DNA from: Podarcis tiliguerta
Taxonomy: Eukaryota
Assembly (NCBI GenBank): GCA_965153285.1
Contig: OZ229111.1
Strand: one strand, 5' to 3'
DNA: 64,000 nucleotides
Part shown: positions 48,967 through 61,152 of the stretch, piece after piece
Layout of the letters: every line of letters starts with the position of its first letter
Position numbering within the stretch: the first letter of the stretch is position 1
Program-made: the position numbers and the translations under genes
Notes under the pieces: generated by a model
Seen by the model: the letters and a program-made list of their open reading frames with translations, nothing else
Databases searched by the model: none
Told to the model about the DNA's origin: nothing

Positions 48967-49042
48967 GTGGCATGGCATCTTAAAGAAGAACAAATCTATT
49001 GTGGCATAAGCTTTTATGGACTAGAGTCCATTTTATCAGGTA
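48967..49042 (-). mobile_element. Penelope-like element terminal fragment with a decayed minimal hammerhead motif
   Basis: - strand CTGATAAA-ATGGAC-TCTA-GTCCAT-AAAAGCTTATGCCACAATAGATTTGTT..TTAAGATGCCA. Confidence 0.5.
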
Positions 49043-49074
49043 CAAAGTGCAAGCAGGTGATAAGATTTCAATGC

Positions 49075-49145
49075 ATTTTTAATCTTTGTTGGAAGCCGCC
49101 CAGAGTGGTTGGGGAAACGCAGCCAGATGGGTGGGGTACAAATAA

Positions 49146-49178
<33 letters not shown>
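49075..49178 (+). mobile_element. L2-like LINE 3' end with (TTA)n tail
   Basis: GCCGCCCAGAGTGGTTGGGGAAACGCAGCCAGATGGGTGGGGTACAAATAAA(TTA)n. Confidence 0.7.
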
Positions 49179-49179
<1 letters not shown>

Positions 49180-49531
49180 GATAAGGAGGTCCAATTACTA
49201 CAGAATTCTAGGCCAATCATGCAACAGAGAAGGATATGTTGCACAAGCAAACTGGGTGTGTTGTTTCAGCCAGTACTGTAGCAGCTAAATCAGGGGTGAG
49301 GAAGGGCCACACTCCCTCATGACAAACCTATCAGGGGCCACATAACACATGGAATGGCAATGCAGCAGATTTCAGGGAAAGGTTTGAGCATGACTTCACC
49401 ATCTGTACACAAGCTACAGGAATGGAAGAAAAAAGAGGATCTTCAAAAGATACCCACGTTTTTGCATATAGCAGGCATGAGGCAGTAGATATTTTCCATG
49501 CCGTGCAATTAAGCCAGGAAGAGCAGGCTTG

Positions 49532-50070
49532 GTTCTAAATAAATTTGAGTATTGCATGACCAGGAGCAACGAGACTTATGAAAGGTGTGAGTTTTAGCTC
49601 AAGAGTGTAGTATAAAGGGGAAACATTGAAAGAATTCCTTACTGACCCTAAACTGATGAATCAGATATGTTGTGACTTTGGGAGTTTAACAGATTCATTA
49701 ATTAGAGATCTGATAGCTTTGGGGATTAGAGACTGGAAACAGCAAAAAAAGACTCCTGGAAGACTGCAATCTAATGCTAGAAAGGCATTCAAGGCTGCAC
49801 AAGCTGCTGCTGCAACATGGCCTAGAATGCAAGCCCTGGAGAGGAAAAACTGCAAATGTTTCCATAGATACAAATTAGTGAAGATGGAAGCTGCAGGAGT
49901 CCTAGATGCAACACGAGCAAGTTTACACCGAACTGTCCCTTGAATTAACACCTTGTCGAAAGAAGTGCATGCAGTGTGGAGGCTGTCAGCGACACAAGCC
50001 CTGTCCCGCAATAGGGAAGTGTTGCAATGCTTGCCAAAAAAAAAAAACCAGCCACAAAGTATATGTTACC
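49532..50070 (+). mobile_element. Degenerate Ty3/Gypsy (Mag-like) LTR retrotransposon gag relic
   Basis: Frameshifted peptides VLNKFEYCMTRSNETYERCEF*, GETLKEFLTDPKL..CDFGSLTDSLIRDLIALGIRD and RLLEDCNLMLER, then the double Zn-knuckle-like CMQCGGCQRHKPCPAIGKCCNAC. Confidence 0.75.
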
Positions 50071-50789
50071 AACTAAGGCAAACTCAGGGGAAAATACAAT
50101 TAGTGTAAGAGGACAACTCCTCACAGGACAGTGCTGTCACTGTCAGAGGAATATTTTTTTATAATAATGGTTGGCTGAAAAGTTTAATTATTCCTTCTGA
50201 TGTCAATGCTCTCATATTGCACATTGGTTTTGCTGTTAGGAAAACTACCTTGTTTATTCGCGGAATGGGGAAGTTTGAGTTCGTTCATTGATTGTATCTC
50301 AGCATTGGAACAACACCTGCAAAAAGCAGTTTCAGAACAACTATAAGAGTGGGGAAACCAGCTGTTTAGAGCACTTTAAAACTGCATGGGACCAGCACGA
50401 ATGTTTTCAAAAGACCAGGTGTCTTTCAGAAGATTTGTGGTAGAAATACTAGTGCCACCTACCGGACAATAATAACACCACTGGAAAACAACAACACATA
50501 ATTACTCTCAACTGGCTGACACAAAGTTGGTCAAAGATAGGCAAGTTACTTGGAGATCAAACTCGCAAAACTTACGGAAGCATTTTAATCAGAAGAGTGA
50601 AAATTCAAACTACTGGAGTACTAATATGCAAATTTTGGTCTTAAAAAAATTGTTATTGGAAATTGCAAGTACAGTATATTGCCTCTGACCTGCCTAGAGA
50701 GCACCCCCCCTCTCTTGTCCAGGTATTTATGTTTTTACCACCCAACAGTTCACAGTTGCCTCTTGAACAATTAGTTAATAAGCATAGTA

Positions 50790-51253
50790 AAGTGGTACCT
50801 TGGTTTGCATACGTTTTGAATTACAAACACATCAAACCTGGAAGTGTGTGTCCCGGTTTGCAACCTTTTTTTGGATTACAACCCATTTTTTGGGGATTAC
50901 GAACAAATTTTTTTTGGAAGCCCCATTGGTGAAAGCGTGCCTTGGGTTACAACCTGTTTTGGTTTACAAACGGACCTCGAGAACGGATTAGAAGAAGAAG
51001 AGTTTGGATTCGATATCCCGCCTTTCACTCCCTTTAAGGAGTCTCAGAGCAGCTAACATTCTCCTTTCCCTTCCTCCCCCACAACAAACACTCTGTGAGG
51101 TGAGTGGGGCTGAGAGACTTCACAGAAGTGTGACTGGCCCAAGGTCACCCAGCAGCTACATGTGGAGGAGCGGAGACACGAACCCGGTTCCCCAGATTAG
51201 GAGACTTAACCACTACACCACACTGGCTCTGGTTGTAAACCAAGGTACCACTG
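50790..51253. mobile_element. Tc1/mariner-like MITE interrupted by a Squam3 SINE
   Basis: TIR AGTGGTACCTTGGTTT / AAACCAAGGTACCACTG|TA. Confidence 0.8.
50991..51230 (-). mobile_element. Squam3 SINE nested in the MITE
   Basis: Reverse complement of the Squam3 consensus seen elsewhere in the window. Confidence 0.9.
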
Positions 51254-52174
51254 TATTGCACTGAACATTTCTAGCAGATGGATGCACAATCCATCAATTG
51301 TAGTACTTTTGGCAGAAGAAATGCACTAAACAATATAATCCATGGTTAATTTAAGGCATAAAGTTGTTCTAGTTCTGTTTAAAGAACAAGAAGGCCATGT
51401 TTACAATTACGGTTTTGAGCACTGTTCTCATCATTTTCTGATGTTCTTCCCGGATTCTCCTGGGTGAGGGTGAGTGATAATACTGTTAGTGTCATTTTTT
51501 AAAAAAATGAGGTGGCAGTTTTATTACGGCTCTGAGAATTCATCTTTAAGGGAATTATAAGATCTGTCAGTTGAATAAGTTATTGTCATAGATCCCTCAT
51601 TAATCATAATTAATAATAAGTGCAGCTAACTTTGTGCAGCTAAATTTGTGTAAAATCCCTCACATAGAAATGTTTCAAAAGAAAACTGGCCTTTGCTGTT
51701 TTTTAATGGTGGGATTGCATCCGTAACTCTTTAATTTCACCTCCTGGTACATGCTGTGGAACTACTCTTGAGCAGCTCTCATTAATGCCAATGTGGTTGT
51801 GCACAAACACTTCCCATAGTGCATAGCACATTTCATTACTCAGGGATTTTTTTAAAAAAATATTTCAACGAAGGAAGAAGAGGCGGGGGTGGGGGGATGA
51901 CAAGACATACAAGTACTAGGAAGAGGTAAATATGTAAAAAGCTAACAAAACAACCACAACAAGAGTTGTGGTTTGACTTCCAAGAAGCCAAAAAGGAGAG
52001 TTTTTCCTGCAGAGAAAAAGACCCATGTCAAGCTGAGCAGAGGCAGGTCAGACTTGGAGGGCCAAGCGCAGGATAGTGCCTCCTTCTCCTTGTTTGCGGG
52101 CCACAAAAAGCAGCCCCTCCACAAAAGGTGGCCAGTGGAGCTCAGATGGAGACAGAGCCATGACAAAGATACAT

Positions 52175-52342
52175 ATGCAGGCAGAAGAAAAACGCTGGGG
52201 TGGACCTGCAGCTTCTGTCTGCAGAGGAGTCCATTGTTTTCCATTGCTGCCATCACTGGAGCCAGTCACCCCCTGGCTGCATCCAGAAACAGACACAGGC
52301 AGAAACTTCAGATCCATTCCAGCCTTTTTCTTCTGCCTGCAT
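52175..52342. repeat. Fold-back inverted repeat (~47-bp arms, ~85% identical)
   Basis: ATGCAGGCAGAAGAAAAACGCTGG.. pairs with ..CCAGCCTTTTTCTTCTGCCTGCAT. Confidence 0.8.
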
Positions 52343-54361
52343 CTCCCTGTCTGCTTCCCTTGACCCATATAATAGGGTGTGCCTGGGTACACCTGGCTCA
52401 CACCTATGTCACCTCCTAATTGCACAAGCACCTCTGTACAATAATGTAAAGTATGCATGTGTGATTTCATCCCAGCATGGAGTCTTTGATCTCTGGGATG
52501 TCGCAAATGCCTAAAGTTTACACACCTATCCCGTGACCCCCTCAGCAAGTGCCAAACAAGCCCACCAAAGTCAAATAGGGATGGTACTACCAAACCAGGA
52601 TTTTAAGCTGTTGGATTTCAGGATTTGAAAAATGAAAGCGATATTGAAAATGTTTTATTCATAAAGAGAAAACTGAAGCTTTCCTCTGCTGTTGACACAT
52701 GATTATTAGATTCCTGGAGACTTGCTCCACCTATGCATATTTTGTTAGTGACACAACACAAATCGTACCAGAGCTTCTTGAACCATGGAAGCAATTTAGA
52801 AATTCAATACCAGTGGTGGAGAAAAACAGATAGGTCTTGTCTGTTAGCATACAATGGTCCTTTAAAAACAAATAAATAAATAAGTACTGCTGCAATTTCA
52901 TGGCTGACCTGAGCTGTAATCTGATACTGGTGCTTTCTCTAACTGAATGCACATTTATTACTCTGGATTCCTAGCTGTTAGCAAAACTAGTTCAAGTACT
53001 CATCCATTTGTCGGATGGATTGATTGAAAGCAAAAAGGGTTAAGACAAATCCTTAAGAGACTTCCCACCATGCTTGTATAGTGATATTTTTCCTATTAAC
53101 AAAAATCCCCAATGATTTTAAAAGCTATTATAATTTTTGCTCTGGGTCTCCACCAAATATCTTTATAGGTTAAAAAAATGTTTTCTGTAACCATTTTAGT
53201 TTTACTTTAGGGGATATATGATACTGACACCTGGATTACGCTTTCAGTCTGTTTTAGCAATATTCTATTTTAAAACAGCTTGATTTGTTTTCTGCCATTA
53301 ACCATCTCCCCATACCCACAGCTGAGCTCCATAATTCACCCGTGAGGCAAGCAGTAAATATGCATATCCTTAAATGAATTAATATATATATATTGTTTAT
53401 AACCCACCGTATCCTAAGGTGTTTCTCCCTGACTTTATAAAAAAGTTGACTTGCATCAAAATTTATTTTTGTTTCCAATGTATTCCACCAGCATTATTTG
53501 GGAATGGCAAGCCACATGCCAAAATTATGGTGCTGACCATTTGAGTGGCGTGGATGTGTGCAGAGTTAGGCATAGAGTGGAATTGTAAGAACGTTCGGCT
53601 GCATGCGGCTCACTCATCACTACTGCTCTTCAGCAGAACTCATACACCAAACTGCTAAACTATTTGTTGTTGGACTGAGTCCTCCTAACCAGGACTGCAA
53701 ACCAGACTTTGTTCTTTATTTGCAGCTCTTGTTTGATGGGCTTACTCAAACGACAGTCTGCACACAATATCAACCTATCCTTTCATAAAGAGGGAAAGTG
53801 ATTTATTAAACTGCATTGTGAAGAAAATGGGTTGGGCTCATGGCTCTGTTCCTGATCCTCTGACAAATGGCTTCACAAACCATCAGAACTCAACCTTTGC
53901 CTCTCAGACAAAAACTTTAGTCAAGGCATTTGCTACTTCTATTTTCCACCGTTTCCTGACCTCTCACTTCCTGTCTTCACCTCCTCTTTTCTTGTTAATC
54001 CAAAGCAGACGTTTAGTGCTCCGGGTATGCTAAAGCCAGTAAGGCAACTGATTCACTACTGTACTTGATTTTTTTTAAAATAGCACATAATCACTGTTGA
54101 GTTCACAGTTTCAGTAACAGTGGTTGATGGCCAGAGGCAAATAATGAGGGTGGTGAAGGATGTTGGCTCTAGTTTGAAGGTCCACTATCTTGTTCTGTTT
54201 GAGCTACAAGGGGTAGCTGCTGATACATCAGTCCACACCTGTGTAGTCCACTGCAGGTCTCTGCGCAGGTAAGGCAAAGCAGCTGCGATAGCAATGGTGA
54301 GACCAAGCCTGACAGCACCTCTCTCCTTGGCTACTGCATGCTTTTTAAATACATATATTTA

Positions 54362-54603
54362 CAGTGGTACCTCGGGTTAAGTACTTAATTCGTTCCGGAG
54401 GTCTGTACTTACCCTGAAACTGTTCTTAACCTGAAGCACCATTTTAGCTAATAGGGCCTCCTGCTGCTGCCACACTGCCAGAGCACGATTTCTGTTCTCA
54501 TCCTGAGGCAAAGTTCTTAACCTGAAGCACTATTTCTGGGTTAGTGCAGTCTGTAACCTGAAGCGTATGTAACCTGTAGCATATATAACCCGAGGTACCA
54601 CTG
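54362..54603. mobile_element. Tc1/mariner (Tigger/pogo-like) MITE
   Basis: TA|CAGTGGTACCTCGGGTTA..TAACCCGAGGTACCACTG|TA; inverted relative to the 10920 copy. Confidence 0.88.
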
Positions 54604-56497
54604 TATTGGGTTTTCAAATATACAATAACAAAGAAGAACATCATATAAAAACACACACAAAAAACAAGCAAGCAACTCCTCCCTCAAATATCTCCGCAAC
54701 ATGGGATGCGTATAAGCCCATGAATAAATCACAATACTTCAGTGAAATGAAGAACAGAAGGGCAAAATCTGATGTATTGCCATATGAAATAAAGCCCCAC
54801 CATATCACACTGAACATTTGCGATTTTCCTTGTAATAGGTGTACATTATGGGTAATTTTCTCCAATATTGCAGTAGTCCAAATATTACTACACAAACGAC
54901 TCAGGTTTCCCCGTTGCTCAGTAAGTTGTTTAATAGGCTGCAATCAGTGGAAACTGTAGGAGTGGTTTGGACTGAACATTTTAGTTTGGATTTTCCAACG
55001 GTGGCAATAAAAACAACTCAGGTACAGAAACAATCTGTTTCTTAGCTATAGTAGAGTTTCCCTTGTGGACGGTAGTCTAGAAAGGCTGGATATGGGGACA
55101 CTGTCACCTTGGCTACTGCTCAAAGAGCCACTACTCACACTACAGCTCTTCCTGAGCACAGCACCACACCTTTCTCACATTGAGCAGTTGGAAGAAAACC
55201 CAGTAATGCAGAGCTGTGCCTACAAACAGGCCTAAACTGGTGGGCACCAAATTCCTAGAATTATTGTGGCTCATTTACCTTCACCTTACCCCCTTCTTTC
55301 TAAACTTTACCTCAGTAATGTCAAGATAGTGCTGTGGGGCTTCTTCCTTTTTCTTTTTTCTCATTGAGTGAGAAATGTCTCAATTACGGGGTTAATTAGT
55401 ATTGCCGTTTAAACCAAGAGCAGAGTTTCATTAAATAAATGCATCTTGTTGGTAATGCTTTAATTAATGAGGTAATAAAGCCACTGTACCAACACTCACA
55501 CACACTTTGTGCAGGTTAATGAAATCCGTGGATCTACTCATTAAGCATTAAAATGTTTCCCCTGTTAGAAGGCTCCCCTCCTATTTCCCGTTATTAAATT
55601 TTCTTCATTTTCTTTGTACGTTTCCTCCCATCACTAATGAGATTCTTGTTCCTGTATTGTGTTATGGGAACCAAGAGCTCTAATGATGTCTAATTAGACA
55701 TCATTCCTGCATAACAAAAAGATACAATATTTGACCTCCAATTTGTATTGGCGTTAAGAATGAGGGTGTATCCAGACCCACAGCAAGTGTATTGCATATC
55801 ACTGCTTCAGTCTTTGTCCCATGATGACCACGATGACCCATTCTTTCATTCTTCTCTACTGCTCGTTTTGATGTGCTTCCTGAATTGCAGGCGCTAGTAC
55901 GGATTTAGCTTCCTTCATAAATGCTGAATGTATTCTTTCTACTTCTGAACTCCTGCAAATATGGGTTGCTTCCAGGTGACCTATTATTGAACATTCATTC
56001 TGATTTGTTTGTACAAAGTTTTGGGAGAGACTAGATGATGTCTGCTATCTACTGAGCATTCATTCTGACTTGCTTGTGGGGAGGAGGTTATATGATGTTG
56101 CAGCAAGCAAATGTTAATACACACTTTTCAGTGCATTTCCCCATTGTGTTCTTTATTGCAATAAGTATGATTTTTGGTGTGTGTTGGGGGAATGGGTTTG
56201 CTGGGCAAGAGCACCAAATCAACTCTAAATACACAACCTGAATTTGCCAGTACATGAAATGGAGCCACTCCATCAGGACCCTATCTCATTCCACTGGTAA
56301 GAGTGTTGCAACATCCTGTTCGCCTTTTCATTGATCACCTGCCAGGAGGACGCTGCTGACTTGGTGGGAAAGACTCATATGATCAGCTGTAGTCATGTGA
56401 TTTCTGCTTTCACATACATTCCCAGCAATGCTGGATTGTGCCATTTTCTGTATGCGAGCCCTACTCTGACATTGGTCAGGTTGCTATAGCATAGAAG

Positions 56498-56499
<2 letters not shown>

Positions 56500-56529
<30 letters not shown>

Positions 56530-56837
56530 TTATTTATACCCCACCCATTCGGCTGGGTTTCCCCAGCTACTCTGGGCGGCTCCCAACAGATTAAAAGCAC
56601 AATAAAACTTCAAACACTAAAAACTTCCCTAAACAGGGCTGCCTTCAGATGTCTTCTAAAAATAAGATAGTTGTTTATTTCCTTGACATTGGATGGGAGG
56701 GCGTTCCACAGGCCAAGTGCCACCACCGAGAAGGCCCTCTGCCTGGTTTCCTGTAACCTCACATCTCGCAGTGAGGGAACCTCCAGGAGGCCCTCGGAGC
56801 AGGACCTCAGTGTCCGGGCAGAACGATGGGGGTGGAA
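56500..56837 (-). mobile_element. L2-like LINE 3' end with (TAA)n tail
   Basis: (AAT)n, GGCTGGGTTTCCCCAGC, GGGAGGGCGTTCCACAGG..CACCACCGAGAAGGCCCTC. Confidence 0.75.
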
Positions 56838-59459
56838 ACCTTTTTGACTCCCTGGGCCAGATCCTGGTCATACCAAATTTGACAGTTGGGTGGGGCCATC
56901 CACCTGTCAATCACACAGCATCACAATGATGTTAGGGCTTCAAAGCACTTTGCAAGCAGATGCTAAAACAAAGGGATTTCCCCCCTGTGTTTTGGCAGGG
57001 GATTCTGATGCAAACCCCTTCCTGGAATCCCTTGATAAAATGAAGGAAAATGCCCACCATTTTAGCAGGAGATTCCATGCAAGCCCATTTCTTAAAGCCT
57101 GCCTCCCTCCAGCAAAAAAATGATTGAACTATCTGACAGGAATGGAATTGACTTGGCTACTTCTGTTATACTTGCTCAAGAAATTATATTTTGAGGAACA
57201 GATGACATATTCAGCTGTAAGTTATTACCACGCAGCCACATTTGAAGCCAACGTTTGTAACTAAAAGCCCTGGGAGGGTAATATCCATGCTGGCAAATGA
57301 AGCAGTTACTAATGTACTCAGCCAACACAGACCCCGATTTTCTCCGAGGCTTATACAATGTACACATTGCAGCTATTGTTCCTCATCCCTAATCATACAT
57401 CTCCATTTTCCCCAGGGCCATTTTGTGGATCTAGAAGCAACAGCCTTTTATTGAATTTTGTTCTACCAGGAGGCAATTTGCATCTGCTTGCTTGGGGAGG
57501 TGATAACACCATTGCCTTTGTTTTCTGATTAATTTGTTTAATTATTTGCTCCTTCTCTTCAGTGGCTGTGGATTTCCCTAGGATTCTTCACAGTAAGATT
57601 CAGTAGTGGAAATTTACAGATTGGTAAAAAAGAAAGAAAAGAAAAAGTAGCAGAAAAAGCTGCATCGTCCCATGCTCCAGAGATTTGAGAAAACTGATGC
57701 ACAGTTAAAACAAAAATATCCACGCTCTATTTTTCACAGCTGGAAAAATGGAATACAGCTATGCATTTGCTTCTTCTACCTCCATTCTCGCTCAGCTTGC
57801 CGACTGAGATTTTGGTGTGTTAGTGTGAATGGAAGAACGTGCACCTCCTTAGAATCCTGTTTGCAGCTTCATGTACAATAAATTCATGTCACAACCACCT
57901 GGCTATTCTGACCCCTTAGAGGTCTAAAGACAGATCCAAATATGGGGAGCTGTACATAATGGTTCAACAGTGCCACACAATGCTTGGAAAAGGTCAGTGG
58001 TACAGCATCTGCTTTATAAGCTCAAGGTCCCTTGTTCAGTTCCTGATATCTCAAGGTAGGGTAGGAAACCCTGCCTGAAACCCTGGAGCACTGATGATGA
58101 TTAGCATAGACAGATTAGCCTGAGGGCCAAATGAGGCCTCTCTTCTAGATGGAAATTTCCATTGAAACTGAAGAAGAGTTTGCCTGGTTAATCATTGAGG
58201 GGGCTGTATCATGGGAGCGTACCTCTGCTGCCTCCGTCACAAGGTGTTTAGCTCAGAATCACATGAAAGAGATAGTATTACAAGTATATGCATATGCTAA
58301 TCTGGGAGGCATCCATGTTGGGCATGTAAACTCTTTGTTCCAAGCTACTGAAGAGAATGGATGTGTTTTCTCTCTGTTCCTAATGGTTAGCTCCAACTGA
58401 GAGAAGATCCAACACCCATGTTGGGCTATTAACCAGCAATCTATGTGAGGCAGGAACAGTAGACATCATGTAGACCAAATACTGAGCTAACTAATAACTG
58501 AGTTATTTGCATATCAAAAGAAAGTAGTCAATGGTAAATTTAAGCAAATTGGCTTTATTTGCCTCTTGCATCCGTTTCTTTCATATGTTAAAGGGGACAC
58601 TGTGTCAGGAATACCACCAGAGAAATATGAAACTGCGCTCTTATGACCAGCGTAATGTGTTTTTAATAGTCATCAACTTAACTATTTATCTTGTCTGCAG
58701 AGGCACTACATGATAGATTAGCTTAATTGTCCACTGCGATTTCTAACCAGTCTGCCTGTCTGCACCCCAGTCCTTGTGAAATAAATGTAGCCTCCATTAC
58801 AATGCAAGGCACCTTCTTTTCCTAAAATCTGAACGTTTCTTATAATTTCCATAACCCATTTATTATTGCAAGATTTTTCACTTCCATATAATTCTGGGTA
58901 GAAGCATACCTTTCTCTCTGCTTGCTGCATTCTGACTCTTGCGGTAGTTAACTAAACTGACAGCTGCAGAAATGAAGTGCACCCCGAGAAATGGTTTTGA
59001 TGCAAATATAGTAACCTGTTTATAACTTTTATCATTACTGATACTGAACTTGTTTTGTTACGTCCATCATTACACCCAATAGCTTTCTCGACTCTGCTTG
59101 TTAACCACACAGACATTTTGGTTCTTCACGATGCCTGCCTTGATCTGTGGCATACCTTCTCACTGAGCTTCTACTATTGTGGTTTTGACTAACTCCCAAG
59201 CATCTTGGCAGTTTTTACCTATCTGACTTTTCCTTCCAACTTTCTTTTACTAATCATCTCATATTGAGAAAGTTTTTGAATACAAAAGTGATTGTGTTGG
59301 ACCTCTTTGGCAACTGTCCACTTACACATAATCACTGCTTCAGTCGGTTTAATGACGCATCTTGCACCAGATCTTGGGCAACACTTAAGATGAAGCCCAG
59401 GGTCACATTCCCTCTGGTCAGTTCCATGACTAACTCTTCCAGAGCACAATCATTTGGAG

Positions 59460-59585
59460 CAGGCACCCCCAAACTTGGCCCTCCAGCTGTTTTGGGACTA
59501 CAATTCCCATCATCCCTGACCACTGGTCCTGTTAGCTAGGGATGTAGTCCCAAAACATCTAGAGGGCTGAGTTTGCGGATGCCTG
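59460..59585. mobile_element. Palindromic hAT MITE (same family as 7841)
   Basis: CAGGCA..AAACTTGGCCCTCCAG..GGGACTACAATTCCCATCATCCCTG..GCCTG. Confidence 0.8.
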
Positions 59586-59846
59586 ATATAGAGCTGTGGT
59601 TCCCAGTTAGCTAAGTACTGCGGACCCTGTTTTTCAAAAGACAAGCCCTACTTTGAAATTTTTGATACCTCTATGGAACTTTTTTGTTATGTGAATGGTG
59701 CCACGGACCTCCTGGATGAGTTACAAGGATCCCCTGCAGTCCTTGGACCTTTAATTGGGAACCACCGATTTAGAGTATCTAGAAATTTGCCTGTCTTAAT
59801 TGGAGCATGCATATACTCGGTCAATGTGAGGGAAAGTGACATATTT

Positions 59847-59950
59847 GTGTATGGAGGTCCTGGGCTGCCCAGAAAACAAGACACCCCCCCCGCTACACTG
59901 ATATAGTCCAAAGGAAATTAGAGCAATACATTGGTACCAGCTAGGCTGCA
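59847..59950 (+). mobile_element. Fragment of the repeat family seen at 18795-19067
   Basis: GTGTATGGAGGTCCTGGGCTGCC..GTCCAAAGGAAA..GGTACCAGCTAGGCTGCAG. Confidence 0.55.
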
Positions 59951-60573
59951 GAAGATGGGGAAATGTTATTGGGTGGCATAAAGAAGGTGGAACTGCTCAA
60001 TACCTACTTTGCCTCTGTTTTCACCCAAAAGGAAAGAAGTGCCCAACCTAATAAATGACACAAGGAGGGACCTGCAGCCCAAGATAGGAAAAGACGTGGT
60101 AGGGAACACCTAGCTACTTTAAAAGAATTCAGGTCTCCAGGGCCTGATGAGCCCCACCCAAGGGTACTAAAGGAGCTTGCGGGTGCAATCTCAGAGCCTC
60201 TATCTATAATCTTTGAGAATTCTTGGAGAACAGTTGAGGCCCCTGCAGACTGGAGGCAAGCAAATGTCCTCCATATTCAACAGGGAAAAAAGAAGAAGAT
60301 CCAGGTAACAGATAAATAAACAGGTAGGTAGCCATGTTGGTCTGCCGTAGCCGAAACAAAATAAAAAAAATCCTTCACACGAAAGCTGATACCAATAACA
60401 AACTTAGTTGGTCTCTAAGGTGCTACTGGAAAATATATAAACAGTCAGCTTGTGAACATTTAGAAAAGGATGCTGTGATTACTAAGACCCAGCATGGGTT
60501 TCTCAAAAACAAGTTGAACTAGACGACCCTCAGGGTTCCTTCCAACTCTACAATTCTGATCCTATGATTCTAT
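59951..60573 (+). mobile_element. Older, internally deleted CR1 LINE with a Penelope-like insert (~60321-60431)
   Basis: SPGPDEPHPRVLKELA, IFENSWRT, CEHLEKDAVITKTQHGFLKNK, then a direct jump to the CR1 tail TTCCAACTCTACAATTCT..TATGATTCTA. Confidence 0.8.
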
Positions 60574-60971
60574 ACTGAAGTGAGTGGGGAATCTGGTGTA
60601 TCTGAAAAATATATATGATCAAATGAAAATCAGACCGTGTTCAAACAGTGTGCCTGATTGTGCATGTCCCCTCCCCCCTCTCTCTCACACACACTCTATC
60701 TGTGTGTTTGTGTATGTATCTGTGTGTCAGTATATATTTATATACCAGTACTGGATGAAGCAAGCACTTTGTAATTCATAGCATGTTTGCTTTGAAAGAT
60801 ACAAGTCTGTATGCTCGTATTCCTGGATTTGTTCCAGAGAATATTGATTCTAAAGATTTCCTCCTCAAGCAAGGAATGATCCAGTGTACAGCATCCATTC
60901 GAAAACATACTTCGCGGGGGGAAACATTAACGTCTACCGGTAATGGTTATTATACGCTGACCATTCTAGAA

Positions 60972-61152
60972 CCACTAAGAATACGCACATTCAAGGACGT
61001 TATCTCTTTCCCTCTTCTCCTGCGTGGCTTATCCTATTCCACCAAATCATTTAACACACACAGCTTTCGTACAGCAGCCGCAGCAGCAGAAATCTATCTC
61101 CACTTAGCTGTTCATCACAGCCAAGAATAATGCTCTGAGAAACTGGCAATCT
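60972..61152 (+). mobile_element. Possible DIRS/Ngaro tyrosine-recombinase relic
   Basis: PLRIRTFKDVIS..LRGLSYSTKSFNTHSFRTAAAAAE and, in a shifted frame, ALRNWQS resemble YR box II (THSFRIGAAT..LGRWxS). Confidence 0.45.

Noticed and set aside
51942-52593. Overlapping 95-181 aa ORFs
   Set aside because: There is no recognisable domain or splice structure, and they overlap a fold-back repeat.
60143-60165. CTGATGA as a hammerhead core or snoRNA box
   Set aside because: It is the CR1 ORF2 GPDE codon run, with no matching GAAA or stems.
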